42,777 nucleotides of DNA from a virus (IMGVR_UViG_3300025066_000054:1-42777), one strand, 5' to 3'; shown: positions 27,312 through 36,568, numbered from the stretch's first letter. Numbers and translations: made by a program. Notes: generated by a model from the sequence alone, not told the origin.

Positions 27312-29090
27312 CTATTCACAAGTTCTTAGTCCGGTTGAAGTATCGAAGTAGCAAGCTGCTCCTTCGTCAATAAAGTTATTTTCCTCCTCTTCTGGTTCTT
27401 CTACTACATCTTCTGCTGAGTTGGCAGACAGGATACCATACCTTTTCCCGCCAGCCCTAAATGTTGTGCAGCCAGAGGCACCGCCCTTGTAGGCTTGCAT
27501 GTATACATCTTTGAATTGCTCCCAAGTAACATCATCACCTACATTACATGTCTTACTACAGGCACTGTCAACGTACTTTGAAGCCAAGTTCAGCACCCGT
27601 ACATGGTCGAAGACGGATAACTCATTGGCTGTACGGCCTCTAACGGCAAACTCCCTATACCCGTAGTCGGTTACAGTCTCCGTCACCTGACCCTCAAGGG
27701 TGTTAATAACTCTGTCATAGGAGTGGGAGAATACTGGCTCAATACCACTCGACACATTATCAGCACTCAAGGATATGGTTCCCGTAGGAGCGATAGAAAG
27801 TAGGTGGCTGTTTCGTATACCATACATTCTTATCAGCCCCCTTATCTCGTCAGGTAGCGTCTTACAAAACTCTGAGTCAAGCATCCTTTCGGAGTACAGA
27901 GGGAATGATCCCTTCTCCAGCGACAAGGCAACAGAGGTTCGATAAGCTGTATTACGGAGTGTAAACATAATCTGAGAAAGCTCGCCCATAAACTCATGGC
28001 TGCCATAGGGGTAACCAAGAGCCTCAATAGCATTAGCTACACCAGTTAAACCTAGCCCCATCCTCCTTTTATCTTTCGCCTCTTTCTCTTGTTCAGGTAA
28101 AGGGTATGTGGCTCTGTCAACTACGTTATCCATAGCCCTTACAACATGAGGGATGTCGTGGATAAACTGGTCATAGTCAAATACCTGTTCTCCGGGCCAA
28201 CACTCTTCTTTGTCTTTAAGACATACATACTTAGTCAAGTTAAAGGAACCTAGAAGACAGGCACCGTAAGGCGGCAACGGTTGTTCACCACAAGGATTGG
28301 TGGCGGCGATAGTCTCGCAGTAATGTAGGTTGTTCTTCTTATTCATACGGTCAATAAAGAGTACTCCAGGCTCTGCCCAATCCCATGTGGCCCTAAGTAT
28401 TTCGTCCCACAAAGCTGCCGCCCTGATAGTCTTGTACACCCTACCCTCGAACACAAGGTCAAAGTCTTCATCGTTTTCTACTGCCACCATGAAGGGGTCA
28501 GTAATCCCTACTGAGATGTTAAACTGTGTTAGCTCTGTATTATTCTGTTTAGCTCTTACAAACTCTTCAATGTCAGGATGGTCTACCCTAAGCACACCCA
28601 TCTGAGCGCCCCTGCGGTGCCCTGCACTGGCAATAGTCTTGCACACTGCATCAAAGATTTGCATAAAAGATATAGGGCCGGAGGAACGGCTGTCGAGGCT
28701 ACGGATTAATGCCCCTTTAGGACGTAGTGTAGAGAAGTCATAGCCAATCCCTCCCCCTAGCTGCATGGTACGGGCCGCTTCCTTTGCTGCCTCCATGATA
28801 CCATTCATACTGTCTGGAACAGTACGGGACACAAAGCAGTTGTAAGGTGTGACAATCCTTGCCGCTCCCATAGCCGACTGTACCCGACCAGCAGGGAGAA
28901 ACCTCTGCTCCCCAAAAATTTCTTTTAGTTTTAGAAAATGCTCCTCGCTATCCTTTAAGGCATTAGCTTGACGGACTACCGCTTCCTTAAATCCCTCGTT
29001 AGGGCCTCTGTACTTCATCTTGTGTATCTCTTCTGAGATAGGTAGTGTCGGCCCAAAAGTCTTGTCTTCCGTTTCTCCGTTTACACGCAT
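27312..29090 (-). CDS. nrdJ: Class II (adenosylcobalamin-dependent) ribonucleotide reductase
   Basis: NCFV, RRGAQMG, ATNPCGEQPL, IAPTGT motifs and a C-terminal Cys pair; no beta-subunit gene seen. Confidence 0.9.
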   Translation of the reverse strand: MRVNGETEDKTFGPTLPISEEIHKMKYRGPNEGFKEAVVRQANALKDSEEHFLKLKEIFGEQRFLPAGRVQSAMGAARIVTPYNCFVSRTVPDSMNGIMEAAKEAARTMQLGGGIGYDFSTLRPKGALIRSLDSRSSGPISFMQIFDAVCKTIASAGHRRGAQMGVLRVDHPDIEEFVRAKQNNTELTQFNISVGITDPFMVAVENDEDFDLVFEGRVYKTIRAAALWDEILRATWDWAEPGVLFIDRMNKKNNLHYCETIAATNPCGEQPLPPYGACLLGSFNLTKYVCLKDKEECWPGEQVFDYDQFIHDIPHVVRAMDNVVDRATYPLPEQEKEAKDKRRMGLGLTGVANAIEALGYPYGSHEFMGELSQIMFTLRNTAYRTSVALSLEKGSFPLYSERMLDSEFCKTLPDEIRGLIRMYGIRNSHLLSIAPTGTISLSADNVSSGIEPVFSHSYDRVINTLEGQVTETVTDYGYREFAVRGRTANELSVFDHVRVLNLASKYVDSACSKTCNVGDDVTWEQFKDVYMQAYKGGASGCTTFRAGGKRYGILSANSAEDVVEEPEEEENNFIDEGAACYFDTSTGLRTCE

Positions 29091-29121
29091 TACCTAACGC
29101 CTCCTGTGATCCAATAAATAC

Positions 29122-29310
29122 TCATTCCTCCATCCTTTCCCACTCTTCCATCTCTACATCTAAGAAGAAATAATCGTCAAGGTCAAGGTAACCCTCGTCT
29201 ATCATAAACTTAACCAGCACCCTCTCTTCAATATCGCTCTGCTTGACTAACAGACCGAGACCGTAATTATCTACCAAGGCATTTAACTTTGACTCGAAGT
29301 CAAACATCAT
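29122..29310 (-). CDS. Acidic hypothetical protein
   Basis: 62 aa; coupled to the upstream gene. Confidence 0.65.
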   Translation of the reverse strand: MMFDFESKLNALVDNYGLGLLVKQSDIEERVLVKFMIDEGYLDLDDYFFLDVEMEEWERMEE

Positions 29311-29531
29311 ATTGACCCCACCATTCCAGTATTTTCATCTAAAAGAATAGGTTCGATGCTTTTCTTAAAGTGGGTTGTGAACTTATAGGCAGAGTCAAGG
29401 TCACAAAACCTAATGACTATCTGGAACATGTCCTCTTCGTCACCTTCTGCCAGGGCAACTACAGACCAGATACCATCATCTTCATAAGGGTCTTCGTGAG
29501 GTTCTTCGACTATCTTATGTACCTTTATCAT
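29307..29531 (-). CDS. Acidic hypothetical protein
   Basis: 74 aa; GGAG RBS. Confidence 0.65.
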   Translation of the reverse strand: MIKVHKIVEEPHEDPYEDDGIWSVVALAEGDEEDMFQIVIRFCDLDSAYKFTTHFKKSIEPILLDENTGMVGSI

Positions 29532-29865
29532 TAAACAACTCCATAAAGTGATTTAAGTCTAACATAGCCATTGGCTTCTGACGATTTGCTTTGAAGACCA
29601 CTAGAGGTCTAGCTCCGGCTGGGGTGTTGGCCTTGGCTTGTTCGTAGTAGGTGTACGCCGCAACCTTAGCCATTGATTTACATTCCACTGAGTAAGGAAA
29701 GACTTCCCTAGCTTTTTTAGATAGTTTAATATCCTCCCCTGTTTCCCCCATTATAGCAGACCTGACGTCCACGTCAAGTTCTAATGTAGGGAACAAGGAC
29801 AGTATCTTGTCCCTCACCGTTTGTTGAAGCCTACGTCCTTTAGCTTTTGCACTAGAGGTTTTCAT
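29515..29865 (-). CDS. Holliday junction resolvase-like endonuclease
   Basis: SAKAKGR.LQ, GEDI and SVECK (PD-(D/E)XK) motifs. Confidence 0.75.
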   Translation of the reverse strand: MKTSSAKAKGRRLQQTVRDKILSLFPTLELDVDVRSAIMGETGEDIKLSKKAREVFPYSVECKSMAKVAAYTYYEQAKANTPAGARPLVVFKANRQKPMAMLDLNHFMELFNDKGT

Positions 29866-30716
29866 AGTACCTCCGGTACCCTTGGTAAACTTACAACATC
29901 AATTAAAGTGACCGGACCTTTACTATACTGGAAGGTACGGGCCTCAGGCCAACACTCTTCTTTATGTGAACAGAAAGAACAAGACATACAAAGTTTAGTG
30001 TTAGGTGAGTCTTTGTACTGAGGCACAGGGTCAAGGCGAGTAGTAGGCATAGGTCCGGCTACCATGTCCTTAGCCTCTTGGATTTCCTTAGGTTTATTGT
30101 CAATCATTTCAGTCATATCGTGTACGTCAAGTACAATCTCACCGTTGACCTTGTTGACAACGAGAAAGGCCCCGTGTGTCTTATCGGTTACAAGGGGATC
30201 ATCCTTTGCTGCCGCCACATAACTAGATAACTGACTACGGTACCCAAAGGGATCGTCGTACTCCAACTTACCTTCCTTAAACTTCTGGAAGGCAAAGGGT
30301 GAGGCTGACTTAACGTCAACAGTCATGCCATCAATAACACAATCTCTATGACCTTTGATGCCGAAACAATCAAGACGGTCCTGTAGGCCCCTGACTTCAT
30401 GCCCCGATGCTATGACCAGAGAGATAACTAACTCTTCGATCATGTCTCCATAAAAGAACTTCAACAGGTCTGCCCCTTTAGGGGTCTCCTGGTTATCATC
30501 GCTGTTAATACGGTACCAAAGTTTACGCTTACAGTCAGAGCCTACACTAGATAAGGATAGGTAACGTCTGGGTTCTTGGGGATTACTAAACCTTTTATTA
30601 GCGAGGAGAGATATTGTACTGCCCATAGCACTCCCTCTCGCCCCTGTCCATCCGCCTCTACCTTCTAGTACTGAGTAAAGATCGTCTACTAGTGTCTTAA
30701 TGTCAGCCATTTTCAT
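29862..30716 (-). CDS. Cas4/RecB-like PD-(D/E)XK exonuclease
   Basis: C.RKLWY, GHRD...VDVKS, QL..Y motifs and a C-terminal Cys cluster (CSFC...C). Confidence 0.8.
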   Translation of the reverse strand: MKMADIKTLVDDLYSVLEGRGGWTGARGSAMGSTISLLANKRFSNPQEPRRYLSLSSVGSDCKRKLWYRINSDDNQETPKGADLLKFFYGDMIEELVISLVIASGHEVRGLQDRLDCFGIKGHRDCVIDGMTVDVKSASPFAFQKFKEGKLEYDDPFGYRSQLSSYVAAAKDDPLVTDKTHGAFLVVNKVNGEIVLDVHDMTEMIDNKPKEIQEAKDMVAGPMPTTRLDPVPQYKDSPNTKLCMSCSFCSHKEECWPEARTFQYSKGPVTLIDVVSLPRVPEVL

Positions 30717-31050
30717 ACTCCTTTATTAACCTATCTAAGTACCATCGGGCTTTTTTTAAGTCTAACATAGGCTTTCCCTTATACCTGAAACGATGGAGGT
30801 ACTTCTTTGTATTTCCCTCAAGGTACCCCATAAACATAACAGTGTCCATGTTATCTTTCATGTAGTCTATACATTCTATAGTACCGTCACCATAATGAGG
30901 AGGTTGGTTTACTGCATCAGGTTCTTGTTCTTTCCAGAGGTAACCACTGCCCTTTCCTTGATCACAGGTGCCTTGCCCTTCATACGGATCGTTTCTATCA
31001 AACTCTTGGTAGTACCCAAAGTCTTGAAGCCTGTTAAGTGGTTTGCTCAT
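30703..31050 (-). CDS. DUF3310 / T7 gp1.7-like protein (putative nucleotide kinase)
   Basis: VNQPPHY..G.IECID...GN..KY..R...K...DL.KA.WYL signature. Confidence 0.8.
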   Translation of the reverse strand: MSKPLNRLQDFGYYQEFDRNDPYEGQGTCDQGKGSGYLWKEQEPDAVNQPPHYGDGTIECIDYMKDNMDTVMFMGYLEGNTKKYLHRFRYKGKPMLDLKKARWYLDRLIKEYENG

Positions 31051-31166
31051 TTGTGTTTTTCCTTTCTCGGCAGCTTCTTCTTTTTGTTAGGTATGACCTG
31101 CGGGCGGTACTTAGGTTGCCTTAAGTCCTTAGCCATAGGATTAGGTCTCCTTTTTGTATCCCCCAC
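31047..31166 (-). CDS. 39-aa basic peptide, ArfA-like
   Basis: GTG start (alternative ATG at 31136), each with an AAGGA RBS; NPMAKDLRQPKYRPQVIPNKKKKLPRKEKHK; ATGA coupling to the next gene. Confidence 0.6.
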   Translation of the reverse strand: MGDTKRRPNPMAKDLRQPKYRPQVIPNKKKKLPRKEKHK

Positions 31167-31177
31167 AGGTCTGTTCC

Positions 31178-31666
31178 TTATGCCGCTTCTTCTTCAGGTT
31201 CAAAGACTACATGCTCAAGGACTGTAACCTCCATCAGAGATGTACGGTGATAGGTCTCTCCGTCATGTGTCTTACCTCTAGAGATAAGGCTCTTGACTTC
31301 GCAGACACTATCATTACCAATAGTGCCATCCTCTTCAAAGTCCCATGCAGTCCCGTCAGGGTGCTTGACTACGGGCTGTCCTCCGGCCTTCGTGATTACA
31401 GTACCATCCGAAAGCTGGACCTTGTGTGGACGTGTGAACTGAATGCCAATCAATTGCTCATTCAGCAGCAGCTTCTGTTTAGGTCGCTTCTGTGAGTTGG
31501 CATTAACCAGCTTCTGATACTCCTCCTGTGACAGGATTTGGAGGATAGAGTATTCACCCTCTGTTACCTCAGCCTGCCCTTGGTAGCCGTGGAGGTCACG
31601 GTTTTCTTCAAACACCCTAGCCCAACGGACGGGACCAGTGGTAGTGACGGTAGTAAACTTCGACAT
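31178..31666 (-). CDS. Single-stranded DNA-binding protein
   Basis: ATG at 31666 with AAAGGA RBS; WARVFE and IGNDS motifs; acidic tail; directly after the polymerase. Confidence 0.7.
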   Translation of the reverse strand: MSKFTTVTTTGPVRWARVFEENRDLHGYQGQAEVTEGEYSILQILSQEEYQKLVNANSQKRPKQKLLLNEQLIGIQFTRPHKVQLSDGTVITKAGGQPVVKHPDGTAWDFEEDGTIGNDSVCEVKSLISRGKTHDGETYHRTSLMEVTVLEHVVFEPEEEAA

Positions 31667-31706
31667 ATCGTTTCCTTTTTGATTGATAGGATCGTGGTTG
31701 ATCCAG

Positions 31707-32723
31707 TTAGTGAGTTTCAGCCCAACTTGTTCCAATGTCGGTGGAACCAGCTAGAGGACACATTATAGCAAGGTTTTTCCCAGTGTCAACAATTGATTGA
31801 CGTTGGATGTCACCTAATTTTTCTGCTGTTTCTCTCTCTCCTCTCACTTCTGTTTGCCATTCGTCATGGGGCCAAGTAACTAACCTGTAGTCAAACCCCG
31901 CCTTGTCTGCTTGCTTTGTCCACTGTAGTGCAGCATGTTTCATAATAGTAGCCTCGCCATTCTGTAACATACCTGCCAGTGTTTTGTGTTGACTAGGTAC
32001 TGGCACCCTTCTGCCATCCAACCCAGTGAACCAACCTACCTTTGCTATGACAGGGATAGTTCTGTTTTTAAGCCGAGCTAGACCAGAGATAGAATGTAGG
32101 AAGTTTTCAACTGCCTGTGCTGCTTCACGAGGGGTGACCCTTAGTATCTCAGCAACCTTTGCGTTACCTGCCCCCAGTAGGAAGGCGTAGATAAACGTCT
32201 TTGCCATATCCCGTGTAATGTGAGACATACCTAAGGCCTTTCGATTCAGGTTATGGATGTCTGTTTCATCCTCTTTCCTGCCCGACACAATAGCGTGAAC
32301 ATACTCTTCTGACTTCATCAGGTGAGCCAATACCCTTAGCTGTATACCCTCGGCGTCAGTACCCACCAACCAACTACCTTCAGGCACATGCCACAACCCC
32401 CTCATACGTCCATCGTACTTAGCCTTGACAGCCTCTACAGCAGTTCTAGGTGTGCCAGGAAAGGCGGCAGGTATGTTTGCTTGGTTAGGTTTGCTATGAG
32501 CCATACGTCCAGTCCAAGCCCCTATATGGGAGAATTTACCATGTATCCTACCATCATCCTTTAACTGACCTAACCACTCGACAAGCGAGGAACGCCTACC
32601 CTCTAGGGTCAGCCACTCGGCTAGGTGGTGGGCACCAGCGGGGGCATCGTCGGGAAGTGTGTTGAGGTTAGTTTCGTTACACTTCCATCCGTATCTCTTG
32701 AACTTTGTACCTCTGTCTTGCAT
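31707..32723 (-). CDS. polA: DNA polymerase family A, C-terminal polymerase fragment
   Basis: TGRM, motif A DAEGIQLR, motif B RDMAKTFIYAFL, motif C HDE; own AAGGAGG RBS 9 nt before the ATG. Confidence 0.9.
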   Translation of the reverse strand: MQDRGTKFKRYGWKCNETNLNTLPDDAPAGAHHLAEWLTLEGRRSSLVEWLGQLKDDGRIHGKFSHIGAWTGRMAHSKPNQANIPAAFPGTPRTAVEAVKAKYDGRMRGLWHVPEGSWLVGTDAEGIQLRVLAHLMKSEEYVHAIVSGRKEDETDIHNLNRKALGMSHITRDMAKTFIYAFLLGAGNAKVAEILRVTPREAAQAVENFLHSISGLARLKNRTIPVIAKVGWFTGLDGRRVPVPSQHKTLAGMLQNGEATIMKHAALQWTKQADKAGFDYRLVTWPHDEWQTEVRGERETAEKLGDIQRQSIVDTGKNLAIMCPLAGSTDIGTSWAETH

Positions 32724-33564
32724 TCCTTAGTGCCTCCTTTACTGTTGCCTTTATGTCTGGACAGACACTGGCATGTTTAGTTAGGTTCTCCTGTGCTGGT
32801 AGGAGTTGTAAGTTACCGGACCAGTGGGGGCCACCATCAGTCAAAGGCCACATATGGTCTACATGGTACTGCTCTCCTGTGGCCTTAGAGAAGATGTCCC
32901 TTAGTTTATAAATAGAGACTAGCCTCTGCTTTTCAAGAGGGCAGTTACGGAGGAACTTAGGAACAGCACTACGTTTCACTGCTCTCCTCCTAGCCCTTAT
33001 CTCTGCTATCTTCTCCTTGTTCTCTTGCTGGTAGGCTTTATTATACCCTGCTATCCTCTCCTTGTTCTCTTGACGGTAGGCTTTCTCTCGCTCTGCTATC
33101 TTCTCCTTGTTCTCTTGACGGTAGGCTTTCTTATACCCTGCTATCCTCTCCTTGTTCTCTTGACGGTAGGTTTTCTCTCGCTCTGCTATCTTCTCCTTGT
33201 TCTCTTGACGGTAGGCTTTCTTTTGCTCTGCTATCTTCTCCCTGTTCTCTTGCTGGTAGGCTTTCTCGTTTGCTCTTATCCTCTCCTTGTTCTCTTGACG
33301 GTAGGCTTTATCATACTCTGCTATCTTCTCCTTGTTCTCTTGACGGTAGGCTTTCATTTGCTCTGCTATCTTCTCCTTGTTCTCTTGACGGTAGGCTTTA
33401 ATATACCCTGCTATCCTCTCCTTGTTCTCTTGACGGTAGGCTTTATCATACTCTGCTATACAACACTTACAAGTACACTTGCGTTTGTAAAACTCCGAGA
33501 AGGGTTTAGTCTCACCACACTTATTACAGGTCTTAACATCAAAAAGGTCTGGTTGTTCTCTCAT
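32677..33564 (-). mobile_element. HNH homing endonuclease gene inserted in the DNA polymerase
   Basis: ATG at 33564 with AAAGGA RBS; CNKC...CKCC zinc finger; HVDH..PL..GG.H...NLQ...N..K HNH motif. Confidence 0.88.
33001..33459 (-). repeat. 45-bp coding tandem repeat, 10 units
   Basis: IAxxxKAYRQENKE(K/R) ten times, with no spacers. Confidence 0.95.
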
Positions 33565-34450
33565 ACTCAATATGTCCTTTCGTTTTGTCCACTGGCTCCC
33601 ATCCGGCCTCCCACATTCGGTCGATCCGCATCTTCGGTGAGGCAGGGTTGAACGAAACGTAATCATAACACAACAACATACCATCCTTTACTGTATGGAT
33701 AGGATACCTCTGTTTGTTCTTAGTGACTGAGACAAACTCCCTACCATCCTTAGCTATACGATGTGTTACCTGATGTACCTGCTGTAACTTAGGCGGGAAA
33801 GCCCTTTGCATCTCAGCCTCAAGGCTCTCTTTCCTGTCTACTACATCTCCTAGTATCTCTTCTGCCTCGTCCTCTCTGAAACAGAAGCCGTTGTCTGTCA
33901 TTCGTTCACACAACCATTGAATGTTATGTTCTACCTCTAGTGCCTGGGCCTGTGTCTTATCTCGAAGAGTAGGTAACAACTTCTTATAAAGACGGTACGT
34001 CACCCTCACGTCCTGAGTACAGTAGTCAACCAGTTCAGGAGATAGTTTGTCAAACGCCTTGAAACTGGTCTTTTTATAACCAAGACGTTCACCCCATGCT
34101 TCAAGCGAATGCTTATGTCGATAGGGATACAATGAAGAAGTATGAGGCACGGACCTATCTATCAAGTAGTCCTTAAACCTAGAGATAACCAAGGTATCCA
34201 CCACCTGATCATTGTCTATGGGTGAGTCAAGAAGAATACGGATAACTGGTACATCGAAACCGATTCCATTATGTAGAATAAACTTATCGACATTACGGCA
34301 AAAGTCATTGAACTTTTCCTTCTCTTCTGGGACAGAGGTAGGATTATAGAATGTCCTTTCCTCCTTTGTATCCACATCAAGGGTACAGATACACCAAATG
34401 TGGGATGGCGTGAGACTTTCGGTCTCTATGTCCATTACAACGGTTGTCAT
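33539..34450 (-). CDS. polA: DNA polymerase family A, N-terminal 3'-5' exonuclease fragment
   Basis: ExoI DIET, ExoII HNGIGFD, ExoIII YCTQD; FNPAS thumb start; ends after KTKGHIEYER. Confidence 0.9.
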   Translation of the reverse strand: MTTVVMDIETESLTPSHIWCICTLDVDTKEERTFYNPTSVPEEKEKFNDFCRNVDKFILHNGIGFDVPVIRILLDSPIDNDQVVDTLVISRFKDYLIDRSVPHTSSLYPYRHKHSLEAWGERLGYKKTSFKAFDKLSPELVDYCTQDVRVTYRLYKKLLPTLRDKTQAQALEVEHNIQWLCERMTDNGFCFREDEAEEILGDVVDRKESLEAEMQRAFPPKLQQVHQVTHRIAKDGREFVSVTKNKQRYPIHTVKDGMLLCYDYVSFNPASPKMRIDRMWEAGWEPVDKTKGHIEYERTTRPF

Positions 34451-36075
34451 GTGTCCTCCGGTGGTTCGATAGCAGTAGGTTCAAGGGTGAACTTTTCATA
34501 ATCAAAATACATTGCCCCGCCAAAGCCTGATCCTCCTCCTGTTCTGTTCTTCCTTCCAACGTAGACAAAAGTGGTGTTAGCTACAGTCTCGTCAAGGTTC
34601 TGTGTATCCCTCTTGAGTACGATCTCAAAGGCTGCGCCCTGTACAATAGAGGCACAGTACTTAGCCTCGCCTTCCTTGTTGGCGTGTGCAATGATGATGA
34701 TACCCACATTCAGTTCAACAGCCAGACGTTTGAGTTGTGTTGTCAACTCAGTAAGCATGGCCTCCTTCTCACTGGTGCTACGGGCAGTAACAAAGTCCTG
34801 AATAGGTTCCATGAAGATGAAGTCAATACCCATACCAACCGCAAGGAACCGTACCTGATCCACGATACCCTCTACATCGGTGCCAACAGGGATGCCAAAC
34901 TGGTACACCCGTTCACCTGATGTCATATCTGTAATGAACTCGACGTACTTCTCCTCGTACCCTAGCTCCTGCACCTTGTCCTTGCGGATCAGGTTCTTAT
35001 CCTGGTTGTAGGAGAAGAGACCTAGAATACCCCGTAGTTGTGACTCCTCGCCATGACAAAAGGCAAGGCTGTAGTTGGTAGTAGTGATACACTGGTGTTC
35101 AAGGTAGCGGAAGAACTCTGTCTTACCAATCCCTGTCTCAGCGAGGACAACAGTGAATGCACCCTTGTGAATACCCATCATCTTACTGTCCAGTTCATCC
35201 AGTCCAGTAGCAAACACCTCATAGTCAGGAGTGTCACGGTAGAGGGAGAGAAAATCATCCTTGGTGCAGAGTACATTGTCTGGCTTCATCTTGGATGAAG
35301 ACCACCAGCTATTGCGGTACTCATGTTCAGCACCAGCAACAAGGAACTCATTAGCATCCTTGAACTTGGTGTGTGGTACCTTGTATACCTTGTTGGGGAA
35401 GATACCAGCCAGCTTCTCGGCAAGATGGTCTGCCTTACCATCACTATCAAAACTACAATAAATCTTATCAAAGGATGATAGGTACTCCCGCACCTTCTCC
35501 AACATACGTCTGCTCGGAGTAGCAGAGGGTAGAGCAACAACAGGATACTTACTACCTAGCATCTGGTAGGCAGACATAGCATCCATCTCACCTTCTGTGA
35601 TGGTGATTGCCTTAGCCGAGCCAGAGTTAAACTTGTCCATCCCAAACAATTCGTCACCGCTAAAGCCAGTAGAAGTAAAGAACTGTTTCGGCAGTATCCT
35701 TGTCTTTTTACCTGTCGTGTATGGGTACTCCTGTTTGACATCTTCATTATTAACTAAGTTGACAAAGGTTTGTACCCCGTACTTCTTCATTGTCTCTTTA
35801 GTTATACCCCTTATTGCTCGATACATAGGGGTAAGGATAGGCTGAACAACAGCCTCAGGTTTAGTGGTCATAGTCTCTCCTTCGTCAAAGATATTATCAT
35901 CGTAGCTATCAGCTATCCCCTTAATGATAGGACGACTACGTTTATGGTATGGATAGTCACTACCACATGAGTAGCAATGGCCCTTATCTTGGTCGTGATA
36001 CCAAGCGAAGGCATCACTTGAGCCACAGTCCTCAAACGGGCAGGGTAGTTTGTCTGTTCTTTCTAGTCTGGTCAT
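34447..36075 (-). CDS. Primase-helicase (T7 gp4-like)
   Basis: Zinc finger C..C...C..C, TOPRIM ITEGEMD and FDSD, Walker A AETGIGKT. Confidence 0.92.
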   Translation of the reverse strand: MTRLERTDKLPCPFEDCGSSDAFAWYHDQDKGHCYSCGSDYPYHKRSRPIIKGIADSYDDNIFDEGETMTTKPEAVVQPILTPMYRAIRGITKETMKKYGVQTFVNLVNNEDVKQEYPYTTGKKTRILPKQFFTSTGFSGDELFGMDKFNSGSAKAITITEGEMDAMSAYQMLGSKYPVVALPSATPSRRMLEKVREYLSSFDKIYCSFDSDGKADHLAEKLAGIFPNKVYKVPHTKFKDANEFLVAGAEHEYRNSWWSSSKMKPDNVLCTKDDFLSLYRDTPDYEVFATGLDELDSKMMGIHKGAFTVVLAETGIGKTEFFRYLEHQCITTTNYSLAFCHGEESQLRGILGLFSYNQDKNLIRKDKVQELGYEEKYVEFITDMTSGERVYQFGIPVGTDVEGIVDQVRFLAVGMGIDFIFMEPIQDFVTARSTSEKEAMLTELTTQLKRLAVELNVGIIIIAHANKEGEAKYCASIVQGAAFEIVLKRDTQNLDETVANTTFVYVGRKNRTGGGSGFGGAMYFDYEKFTLEPTAIEPPEDT

Positions 36076-36104
36076 AGTATATCCATTTCGGAAGCCTCCC
36101 TTTT

Positions 36105-36132
36105 ATTATACAAAGTATTTCAGAATTGTCAA
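36105..36132 (-). promoter_or_regulatory. Sigma70 promoter for the replication operon
   Basis: TTGACA-16 nt-TATAAT. Confidence 0.75.
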
Positions 36133-36155
36133 CTACTACTTCACTTGACGTCAGG

Positions 36156-36347
36156 TCAATCATATTTGTACCAGTCAACCAGGCCAGCGGCATCCAACTC
36201 TTCGAAGTCATATGCAATTAGGTATTGCCTCACTTGATCGTCCGAGAGAAAGCAGTAAGAGACACTATCCTCCTCATATCGGGGCTTACAACGTAGGCCC
36301 AGACGTGCATCCTCTGCGCCGCATTCTCTTGCTGTCTTAATATTCAT
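36156..36347 (-). CDS. Hypothetical protein
   Basis: AGGAGG RBS; 63 aa. Confidence 0.65.
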   Translation of the reverse strand: MNIKTARECGAEDARLGLRCKPRYEEDSVSYCFLSDDQVRQYLIAYDFEELDAAGLVDWYKYD

Positions 36348-36358
36348 AGTCCATCCTC

Positions 36359-36568
36359 CTATTTAACTGTTGGCCGCCACCAAGCCCAAGACCGAGCGCA
36401 GTGACCCTTGCTTGTGGTCAAGTCTATCAACCACACTAAATTTATCTTGCCGTCCCGCTTCCACTGCCAGTTTCGTGCTGAAAAAGGCTGGTATACTGAG
36501 CCACCCAATACAACATTAAACAGCACAGACAGTGCCCACCCTACTCTATGTAAGTACATGCCCCTCAC
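36359..36568 (-). CDS. Hypothetical membrane-associated protein
   Basis: SVLFNVVLGG...FSARNW motif; GTGA coupling. Confidence 0.65.
   Translation of the reverse strand: MRGMYLHRVGWALSVLFNVVLGGSVYQPFSARNWQWKRDGKINLVWLIDLTTSKGHCARSWAWWRPTVK

Noticed and set aside
33001-33459. CRISPR array
   Set aside because: Units are contiguous, in-frame 45-mers with no unique spacers and lie inside the HNH ORF. The Cas4-like nuclease is a solo phage exonuclease.
32724-33538. Group I intron or intein in the polymerase
   Set aside because: The insert is wholly occupied by an out-of-frame ORF, I saw no intron core or intein terminal residues, and the downstream fragment has its own RBS.
33025-33651. 208-aa hydrophobic + strand ORF that looks like a multi-TM protein
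   Set aside because: It is the antisense shadow of the purine-rich 45-bp repeat.
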